From Oscillospiraceae bacterium (lineage in GTDB: Bacteria > Bacillota > Clostridia > UBA1381 > UBA9506): 64,000 nt of DNA. Each line of letters opens with the position of its first letter. Position 1 is the stretch's first letter. This document shows, piece after piece, positions 20,004-28,800 of the stretch. The translations under genes were made by a program, and so were the position numbers. The stretch lies in NCBI GenBank assembly GCA_015068865.1, contig SVJT01000001.1, forward strand, positions 6,040-70,039, given 5' to 3'. The notes below the pieces were generated by a model. It did not search any database. It worked only from the letters and a program-made list of their open reading frames with translations, and was not told the origin of the DNA.

Positions 20004-20040
20004 CTCCTTTTACATGTTACCATAACGGCAAAATACCGTT
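20004..20040 (-). promoter_or_regulatory. Perfect 15-bp stem-loop between the P3 stop and the P2 SD
   Basis: atgttaccataacgg-caaaata-ccgttatggtaacat. On the mRNA it is followed by GUAAAAGGAGCAUUAUUAUG with no U-tract. It shares the UAACGG...CCGUUA core with 15761..15794. Confidence 0.6.
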
Positions 20041-20070
20041 ATGGTAACATAAATCGTTATCCTTCAGAAC

Positions 20071-23000
20071 TTACTGCAAGCCATCCCAACTGCTGATGGC
20101 CGACATGGAGCTCATAGTAAAGTTACTGTTTTGGGGTGTAAAGAGCAACGCAAACTTAATGCTGCCGCTTGCATCCTCCTTACAAACCGTTAGTTTCTTC
20201 ATGGAGCCGTTAGAGGTGTTCTGTACCTTAGGAGATGTTTCAAAAGGCACCGCATCACGAAGGCTCAAAGTTGCATTACAATCAGATAATAAGGTTACCT
20301 TCATTGTCTTATCCCCAATGGTCATAACAGCAGATTGACCGTCAGCTGCTATTGTTACTGTTGCATCTGTGTGCATAAAGGAATATACATCATGGGTTTC
20401 GCCGGATTTAATCGTAATCTCATCCTGTAACAGGAATGCATTTCTGTTATCTAAGAGAGCATAGCCGCGGGTTGCCGTTGCTGCCGTCTTATTATAAGCA
20501 CCGGTTAAATCCACCACCGCATAAGATGCTGTTGATAAGGTCTTGTGCGTTGTAATTTTAGCCACAGAACGGAACACCTGGTCTACCATATCGTCTGCCT
20601 GTGCCTGAGACGATTCGATATTGGAGCCCTGGTCAACACCGGGGCCGATTACCAACGTGTTAGAACCTTCGGCACGGTTTCTGTAATACTGATAACGTTT
20701 TTCGCCGAACATAGCATCAAGACCGTAATCCTCGTTCTTCGGAAGAGCCACCCAACGGCTGCCGAGAGCATCCAGTACAAAAGCACCGGCATCCAAACGG
20801 CCGTGGGTTGCCACGTTGGCATTGTTACCCTTGTAGCCTACCGAGAAGCCCATATTGCCTTTTGCCCAACTGGTACGCATAGAACCGTTCTGAGATTCGC
20901 CTTGGTCGAAGGCATAATCCAAAGGCATTTTTTCGCGCCAATTTGCATACGCCGGGTTCGGTCTGTACATTAAAATTTCATAGGGCGAATATCCGTGACG
21001 ACCTTCGTAGCTCATACCTGCCAGTTCAGGACGATCAAAGATTCTTGCCAGCCAGAAGGAACCGGCACCGGAACATTTACGGGCACTACCGTCATAGTAG
21101 TTAAAGGAAGTTTCCGTTGTACCATGGATATGGAGCAAATAGTCACCGGTATATTCCAGACCGAATTCATCCAAAAGACTGAAGTTAAAGTATTCATCCA
21201 CGTTACCAATGGAGTTATACAAAGCGTTTTCATATGCTAAGTAGTTGTTCATCATATAGCTCCAGTAGTCCGGACCTTCAAAACCGTTGCCGTCAGGGCC
21301 GAAGTGCTTGAAGCAATTCCGCATGGCAATGTGAATGCGGTTTAAGTACTGGTTAGCCACATCTTCATAGCCCGGTGTATCGGCAATAGCAAGAGCCGCC
21401 ATGCCAAGACCTGAATTGATGATGGGGTTCCAGTTAGTTGCCTGAGTATCGCCGCCGTTTGTTGTAATCAATTCACCATAGCAAGGCTCTAATGCATAGA
21501 GAATCATAGCATTGCGAACAATCTGACGCTGCTCTTCTGTCCAGTGATTATACATCAGGTCATAGGTTACAGCCACGGTTCTTGCCGTGTCACCTACAGA
21601 CAACATAGAATGTGCCGGATCCCATGACATGGCGTTTTTGGTGATGGCCTCCATCTGTTTCCAGCAGGCATCGGCATATTTCTGCTCATCTGTCAGATTA
21701 TAGGCAAGAGCCATTGTCATCGCATTGAAGGAGCCGCCGGAAGTGTCCAATGCAGTTACCACTTCGTTCATACGGGTTCTTGCATAGTAACCAAGGAAGC
21801 CTCTGTTGGTTTTATGTCTGTCTAAAGTTTGTTGTAAGTACTCATCAGTATCCATATTCTGTTTCATCCAGTCCAGTTCACTCTGGTTGATGAGCAAACG
21901 GGGATGTGTATTGTTGGGATACATCAATTTGATTCTCTTGGCAAAATCAAATTCATTTTCTACTTTCGGACCATTTTCCAGATAGATAGGAGCAGACCAA
22001 CGGTCGCTGTAATCCACGTTCTTTAAGGTAAAGCTCTCCACATAGGTCGTGGAGTTAATGGCTTTATCAGCCTCGTTCCACCAGAAGCTGATGCCGCTGA
22101 TTTTATCCAGACCTCGGGGTCTACCACCGGTAGAAGCGCCGGTTAACTTAATTTGTTTGTTTTTCCAACTACCGGCCCAGTCTAACAGAATTTTACCGTA
22201 GTAATAGTCGTTAGAGCCATCTTTATTGTCGTTGCCCTCATCTGACCAAACGATAACCTGAATGGTATCAAAGCTGGCTTTTTCGCTGTACATACTGATT
22301 TCTAAGGTGTTAAAGCCTGTGAAATCGGTGGTGGCAAAAGAATCTAAATTAGATAAATTTAAACCGTTTGCAGTCTTATTAGTTTCCAGATAGTAAGGGG
22401 TTTTATAGTCTGAGAACTTAATAACCGGTGTTGTTTTACCGTGAATACCATCAGCTACGATACCCACATTCTTATATTGATCTCCTGTGCTGTTAAAACC
22501 GCCGGTGGCTTTAAGACTTTCTTCCGTGGAAAAATCAAACAGAGCTATATCTGTGCGAGTCGCCGCTACTTCAGCCTGCTCTGAGCTTACATAGATGCTG
22601 TCTAAATACAGCTCCAGCTCCGGATCGATGGTATAAGCACCGTAAATGGGCCACAGCTCTACTCGGTCAATGCTGTTCCAGCCCTTAGGAGAATGTACTG
22701 TCTGCATATCGGCCAGAGGGACGGAAACCAGGTTCCATCCCTTTGTTTTTGCCGGAACAAAGATCTCATAATAGTCCGTTGCCGGCGTTTCGACATTATC
22801 CGAAATCATCACCAGACCAAAGCCGGATTCGCTGTCTTTGCTGGCATAGAACCAGAATTCCAGATAGGTACCGGTGGACCAATCGGTCTCAGTCGGTAAC
22901 GACAGCGTCTTCGTGGAGCCTGCCGGCTGCCACTTTAATGAAAGCTTTGCATTTTGTGTATATGTGCTCACCGGTGTTAAGCCGGAAGCCTTAATGGTCG

Positions 23001-23124
23001 CACTATTGGTTGTATCCATAACAACCTTGTGCACCGGAGCAGATGTTTCCTCTGCCATCGCCGGGACACAAAGTCCCGTAAGAAGCATCACCGCAAGCAA
23101 TAAAGAGAATATTTTTTTACTCAT
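20071..23124 (-). CDS. Secreted heparinase II/III-like protein lacking discoidin and SLH modules (paralogue P3)
   Basis: Signal peptide MSKKIFSLLLAVMLLTGLCVPAMAEE. NWNPIINSG, DYWSY, ATHGRLDAGAFVLDA, RNRAEGSNTLVIG. Ends shortly after the LLFTP strand where P1 and P2 continue. Confidence 0.8.
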   Translation of the reverse strand: MSKKIFSLLLAVMLLTGLCVPAMAEETSAPVHKVVMDTTNSATIKASGLTPVSTYTQNAKLSLKWQPAGSTKTLSLPTETDWSTGTYLEFWFYASKDSESGFGLVMISDNVETPATDYYEIFVPAKTKGWNLVSVPLADMQTVHSPKGWNSIDRVELWPIYGAYTIDPELELYLDSIYVSSEQAEVAATRTDIALFDFSTEESLKATGGFNSTGDQYKNVGIVADGIHGKTTPVIKFSDYKTPYYLETNKTANGLNLSNLDSFATTDFTGFNTLEISMYSEKASFDTIQVIVWSDEGNDNKDGSNDYYYGKILLDWAGSWKNKQIKLTGASTGGRPRGLDKISGISFWWNEADKAINSTTYVESFTLKNVDYSDRWSAPIYLENGPKVENEFDFAKRIKLMYPNNTHPRLLINQSELDWMKQNMDTDEYLQQTLDRHKTNRGFLGYYARTRMNEVVTALDTSGGSFNAMTMALAYNLTDEQKYADACWKQMEAITKNAMSWDPAHSMLSVGDTARTVAVTYDLMYNHWTEEQRQIVRNAMILYALEPCYGELITTNGGDTQATNWNPIINSGLGMAALAIADTPGYEDVANQYLNRIHIAMRNCFKHFGPDGNGFEGPDYWSYMMNNYLAYENALYNSIGNVDEYFNFSLLDEFGLEYTGDYLLHIHGTTETSFNYYDGSARKCSGAGSFWLARIFDRPELAGMSYEGRHGYSPYEILMYRPNPAYANWREKMPLDYAFDQGESQNGSMRTSWAKGNMGFSVGYKGNNANVATHGRLDAGAFVLDALGSRWVALPKNEDYGLDAMFGEKRYQYYRNRAEGSNTLVIGPGVDQGSNIESSQAQADDMVDQVFRSVAKITTHKTLSTASYAVVDLTGAYNKTAATATRGYALLDNRNAFLLQDEITIKSGETHDVYSFMHTDATVTIAADGQSAVMTIGDKTMKVTLLSDCNATLSLRDAVPFETSPKVQNTSNGSMKKLTVCKEDASGSIKFALLFTPQNSNFTMSSMSAISSWDGLQ

Positions 23125-23138
23125 CGTTTTGCTCCTTC

Positions 23139-25868
23139 TTATTCGCTTTTATAGATGACGAAGCCCTGACCAACACCCCAACGGAAGTGCATCATAACTT
23201 TATCACCGGGGAAGATTTCCGCTGAAGTCAATTTCTTAACACCATGGTCACGGAAGTTAAATTCCACCACAGAACCGCTGGGCTTAATACGAATTAAATC
23301 GTTGCCAGAAGCATCGGGGAAGCCGTCACCACCCAATACCTTACACTCAAATACGGCACCATCTGTCTTCACGATTTCACAGGTAACCGTATCAAACAGG
23401 CCAGCAGAATAGCTGTCGGTACGGGTGTTGATGTCCTGGCCCAGTTCACCGTCATAGTAAACGTGCAATGCCGAAATTTTACCGTTTTTGGTTGCAATAC
23501 CAACCATGTCGCCGGGTTCAACTCTGGTTTTACCGGCAGGCAGTTCAGCCTGTACGCCCAGATGCTTTTCGTTCATTGCATTTGCCTGTGCAATCAAAGT
23601 GGCACTTTCAATCAATTCATCTTTTTCCAGAGGCAGCTGAGAAATACCACCGGAGCCGCTTACCAGTTTTAAAACAGTTTCCACTTCTTTGGTATCTTCA
23701 TCAACGGCCTGAATAATGTCTGCTACCAGATAGCGGGTAAAACCGTAACCATCTGCATTGGGCCAGCTGAAGTTGCTAACGGAATTATAATCAATGTCAA
23801 GAACCATCAGGGGCACGCCTAATTTATTCTTGGTTTCGCTGTAGAATTTCAGTTTGGTCACATTGGCTGTAAAGTCACCGGAACCACGCAAGGTCCATTT
23901 CCAGGTATGTACATCATCATCAGAATAGCTTGCACCGTTAACGGTGGGCACCTTGAAGATTCTAAGCCCGGCAATATCCATCCAGTTGTCAAACAAGCCG
24001 GTGCTGGATTTATAGGTAATGGTGGTGCCGGACAAGCCGCCGTTGGGCCACTGAGACGGTGTGCTGTAATGAGACTGATAAATCAGCGGATAGTCGCTGT
24101 GCATATTTTCAAATTTAGCACGGGTATCAGCTTCATAAGCAATTAAAATTTCTGTTACCTGACCTGCTTCGTTTCTGCCCAGCTTCATCAGCTGACGGTT
24201 AGTAACATCGCCGGGAGCCAAAAGGTCATAAGCGGCTTCTTTCTTAATTCTCTGGGGTTGATTATCATAAGTATACCAAACCACATAATCAGCCAGCTCA
24301 TAAACGAAAATTTCATCGGTTGCTTCCAGACCCTTAATGAATACACCGGAATGTAAACCTGAGGTCTCTTTCTTGGCATCCATCAGATAGAATAAATCCA
24401 TATCCCAGTTTGCTGCCAGATAAACCACTTCGTTCCAATGGTTTAAGTAGAACACATAACGCTGACCAACAGTTAATGTGCTCAGAGGCAGTCTGTAGTC
24501 ATCAGATAACTTATAGCTGTTGCCTTCAATGGTAATCTGATTGCTGCCGCTATCTACTTGCTCTAACAGCATAGTCATGGTTTTGCCGGAAACATAAGCT
24601 TCTGCAGAAGTGCCGTCTGCACTTTTGTAAACAGTCAAAACAGTATCTGCCTTTAATGCATCCAGTTCCATTTTTTCATTGGACTCAGAATACAAAGTAA
24701 AGCTTTCAAAAGCTTCTGTATCGATGTTACGACCGGCATCCAGCATATCATAAATAATACCGTTGCTTACGTTACGACCCTTCACCAGCACGTTGGTGAA
24801 CTCACGAATAATAACAACTTCATAATAGCCGTCGTTATCATTGTCAATCAAAGTAATCTGACCGGTAGCCGGCTGCATTAAGTTTTTATCAAAGCAGGGA
24901 ACGCCGTTATAAGCCACCATGGTGTTGATTTCCATCGGCAGCTTCATGGTTTTACCGTTTTTATCAGTTGTGTAGCGGTTATTGGCATAATCATACACAG
25001 CCTCATCAGCAGTAAGAACGATTTCGGTGTTCTTTCTCTTTTCCAGATGGATAATGATTGGCTCATTATCTTCAACTTTGTAATAATAGCGAATGTTAGA
25101 ACCGACTAAGTTCTTAGTTTCCAGATTTGCATAGCTCAATAAGCCGTCTTCAAAACGGAGATACCCTTCTCTGGGCTTTTCTCCGTAAACAGAAGTCATG
25201 GGATCGGCCAATAAAACAGATTCTCTGTTATAAATACCAAAGTACTCTGTTAAAATGGTTTCACGTTCAGTACCTTCTGTTAAGAGACCGCCTTCTGCAA
25301 TCCCGACAATCTGCATAACCTGTACATCCAGAGCATTGTACATAATCTGCAGTGCATCGTCACGGCGCAGGAATGTTCCGTTGCCTGTTAAATCGTCTAA
25401 CAGGCCCAGGGTTGTAATGATATTGCTGTTTTTCTCCAGGCGCTGACCATAACCCAGCACGCGGGCGACAGCTTTTGCCGCCCACAGTGTCTGTGCTTTG
25501 TCTTCAGGATGAAAATATGCGGAAACGGAATTGCCGAACAGCCCAAGCTCTGTTGCCAGCAGGATTTCTGCCGCATACGTAGTACCGGAATTTACATCAC
25601 GATAAATATTTTTCATTTCAACCATATCGGATGCAATGTTCTTATAACCCAACATTCTCACCAAAACACGGGCAAATTCCGCATGGGTTACATCTAATTC
25701 TTCTGTCATAACAAAGGGATCGTTTTTTGCTAAAATGCCGGTTGCTTCAAATAATGCAATTTTTTCGGAAGAAAGCTTTGCATTGAAGCTTTCGGCTGCC
25801 AGTGCCATACTGGGCAAACAGGTTACAAATAAAAGTGCACAAAGGCATATGCTGATAATCTTTTTCAT
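23139..25868 (-). CDS. Secreted 909-aa protein of unknown function with degenerate N-terminal SLH-like repeats
   Basis: Signal peptide MKKIISICLCALLFVTCLPSMALAAE. The N-terminal ~170 aa carry SLH-like strings (THAEFARVLVRMLG; YRDVNSGTTYAAEILLATELGLFG...). The rest has no motif I recognise. Its SD overlaps the end of the upstream gene. Confidence 0.6.
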   Translation of the reverse strand: MKKIISICLCALLFVTCLPSMALAAESFNAKLSSEKIALFEATGILAKNDPFVMTEELDVTHAEFARVLVRMLGYKNIASDMVEMKNIYRDVNSGTTYAAEILLATELGLFGNSVSAYFHPEDKAQTLWAAKAVARVLGYGQRLEKNSNIITTLGLLDDLTGNGTFLRRDDALQIMYNALDVQVMQIVGIAEGGLLTEGTERETILTEYFGIYNRESVLLADPMTSVYGEKPREGYLRFEDGLLSYANLETKNLVGSNIRYYYKVEDNEPIIIHLEKRKNTEIVLTADEAVYDYANNRYTTDKNGKTMKLPMEINTMVAYNGVPCFDKNLMQPATGQITLIDNDNDGYYEVVIIREFTNVLVKGRNVSNGIIYDMLDAGRNIDTEAFESFTLYSESNEKMELDALKADTVLTVYKSADGTSAEAYVSGKTMTMLLEQVDSGSNQITIEGNSYKLSDDYRLPLSTLTVGQRYVFYLNHWNEVVYLAANWDMDLFYLMDAKKETSGLHSGVFIKGLEATDEIFVYELADYVVWYTYDNQPQRIKKEAAYDLLAPGDVTNRQLMKLGRNEAGQVTEILIAYEADTRAKFENMHSDYPLIYQSHYSTPSQWPNGGLSGTTITYKSSTGLFDNWMDIAGLRIFKVPTVNGASYSDDDVHTWKWTLRGSGDFTANVTKLKFYSETKNKLGVPLMVLDIDYNSVSNFSWPNADGYGFTRYLVADIIQAVDEDTKEVETVLKLVSGSGGISQLPLEKDELIESATLIAQANAMNEKHLGVQAELPAGKTRVEPGDMVGIATKNGKISALHVYYDGELGQDINTRTDSYSAGLFDTVTCEIVKTDGAVFECKVLGGDGFPDASGNDLIRIKPSGSVVEFNFRDHGVKKLTSAEIFPGDKVMMHFRWGVGQGFVIYKSE

Positions 25869-25875
25869 ATGCTGA

Positions 25876-28800
25876 CTACCTCCTTAACGCATTGGTAATG
25901 ACTTGTGCACACTGAGCACGTGTCATGGTGTTCTTCGGATAATATTTACCGTCTTCCATACCGTTAATTAAACCAATGGCCTGCAACTGCGCTACAGCAG
26001 ACTGAGCATATTCGGAAATGGAATCCTGGTCAACCACACCGGCACCGCCTTCGGGGAATTCCTCGCCCAACAGTTCCAGTACACGGTGTAACATTACAGC
26101 TGCATCTTCACGGGTAATCTGTGCATCCGGCATAAAGTTGCCGTCGCTGCCCTGAACAATACCCATACCGCCTGCGATGGCTGCATAACTAGCATACCAC
26201 GCACCGCCGGGCACATCGTTAAAGCTTGCACGCTCTGTGCTCTTCAGCTGGAAAGCAGAGCAAAGAATTTTTACAAATTCAGCACGGGTAATGCTGTCTT
26301 CAGGACCAAAACTGCCGTCAGGACGACCGCTTAATACGTTGATGGAGCTTAAGTAGCTGATGGCTTCATCTGCCCAATGTTCGGGAGCAACATCATAATA
26401 AACATATCCTGTTACCGTTGTGGAAGCGCCGCTCTGAATTGTGGGTACGCCGCCACCGGCTGTGCCGCCGGAAACAGCACCGCCACCGCCGCCAACGATA
26501 GTACCGCCGCCCAAACCGGGTGCGGGAACATAACCGTTGATGGCTGCTTTCAATTCAGCCAGCGTTGCATAAAGCTTACCGCCAACCAGGTTGCAGATAT
26601 CTGCTTTATAAGCACTGTTCGGATAGTTTGTATCGGTTAATTCTTTTAAGAAGGAGTCTGCTTCCATGCTGTTTCTCACATGGTATACACCGTATAATAA
26701 TGCGGTGTCATAAACCTGAGGTAATAAGTCCTCGAAATTCGTCCAGGGTTTTACCAAAATAACTGCACCGGTTTTGTTGGGCAGTGCATCATACTGCATT
26801 AAGGTTACACCGGCTACATCCAGACTGCGTGCATTAAGTTCAGCCTTTAAGCGATTGAACTGAGTCTGGTCAAAGCTTTCGTTTTCAAAATAACGGATGA
26901 GGCATGCTGCCAGATCAAATTCACGAACTTCATAGCCGGCACCTACCAGCAGTCTCTCAACATTTGCTTTGCCGCCTGCGGAAAGACTCAAGTATAAACT
27001 GTAAATGGTTTCAACTTCGCTGTCTGCCTTATCGGAATACAGTTTTAATACATTTAAGAAGCCGGGCAGATTCATAACTGTCGGAGTTAAAGCAGCCTGA
27101 GGATCCATCATAAAGAGATATTCAACTGCTTCGCCGCTTCTGGGAATAAAGTCTAAGCGGTAAGAACCGTCTGAAAGAGTCGGCAGAGAAATCACTGCAT
27201 GACCGGTTCCATCCAGCTCTACGATGGTTGCATAAGCCAGCTTGCCGGCTTCAGAAAGACCTGCGGTTCTTTCGTAAACATCGCTGTAAGCAACAGTTAC
27301 ATCAGAGCCGTCCGTACCATGACCGTAAAACAATACGGTTGCCATGGTGTTTGCTGCACCGTAGAGATATAAATTGCCGCCACGGGCATAAATTTCAGTT
27401 TTTGTCACGCTTTCGCTGACAATTTCTGAAGGAACTGTTCCGGCTGTCTTATAAGGAGCAATCGGTTTTAAGTCGCTTGCTGCAAAGAGAGAAACCTTTG
27501 CTGCATCACAGCCGCTTGCATCGGTTGTCCAGGTGTAAGAAGAGCCGCTGAAGCTGATTTTTTCTACAACTGTCTTCTGCAGATCACCATTGTTATACAA
27601 AGCTGCTGCAACATAAATATCTGCATCGCTCAGAACATTCTGAACTTCTGCTGTCAGCGTGTTGCCGGAAAGGGTTACAGAGTAAACATCTTTAATTAAT
27701 ACCGGAGCAGATTCAACCAGACTACTGGTCTTCTTACCGTCGGTTACAGTAATCGTATATTTTGCATACTGACCGGCGTGTGACTGCTGGGGAACCCAGG
27801 TTTCGCCGGTTCCTGCCTGAACATAGGTACCGTCAGCTGTCGGTGCTACATACCAGGTAATGGTGCTGCCGGTTTTAGCAGCCTGCCAGGGAGAATAATA
27901 GGTATAATCAGCCTTGAGCTCCTGACCAACTGCGGCTACACCTGCGATAGTAGGTGAAAGAGCATAAGGTTCCGTAACATTCATGCTGGAAACAACCAAA
28001 GCATCCGGATTGCCGCCGGTTACGGAGATGCCGGTTAACGCACCGGAGGATAACACACCTTCGCCAATGAGCTTATCATTAAAGATGGCTTTATAGGTTC
28101 CGGTTTTGGTATTCGCCGCAATCATAACCTTTTTAGCTTCTGCCGGATCTTCCGTAGCAGAAATTACTTTAGAGCCGCCGGCTGTTGTCAAGGTTACACT
28201 GAAGGGACCGTCTGCTGTGAAGGTGATTAATATATCGCCTGTCATATCGGGCAGAGTCTTGGAAGTACCTTCATCGAAGCCCTCTGTAATCGTTGAACGA
28301 CTAATCGTTGCTACACGATTCAAACCATAAAGAGAATCTTCAGATGTAATGGTTACATTGGAGATGCCATAGGGTACATACAATTTATTACCCTGAGCGG
28401 TAACTCCTACGCCAAAGTATGATACTTTATCAGGGAAGGGATAAATGCCTAAGTATACATTGTTATCTACATTAATAACGGCCTGCTGACGGCTTGTTGT
28501 GTAATACAGAGCCTCCGGCAGAGAATCGGGCAATGTGGGCGCCTGCAGAGAGCCGGCATAGGCATAAATGTTATCTATAGCTGCACCTACTGCAAAGCTT
28601 GTAATACTGCCACTGGGACAAGCAAAATCATTAACCATTAATTTGTTGTCCACATAAATATCAATGGTGCCTGCCACATGATCCTTTTCAATACGCACAT
28701 TAAACCATGTATCGGCGGGAACTCTCATCATTTCTGCACGGCTATTGTTTGAGCAGTTATAAATAACAGCTTCATTGTCAGAAACCTTTTTATAGGAAAG

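Noticed and set aside
19997-20023. Upstream-extended starts given in the ORF track (20023, 10864, 46974, 3425, 4123, 49920, 50594)
   Set aside because: The extensions use GTG or TTG or lack an SD. They run through stem-loops or promoters, and each has an internal ATG with a good SD that begins a recognisable N-terminus (signal peptide, DxDxT, MNVYVMVDIEG and so on).
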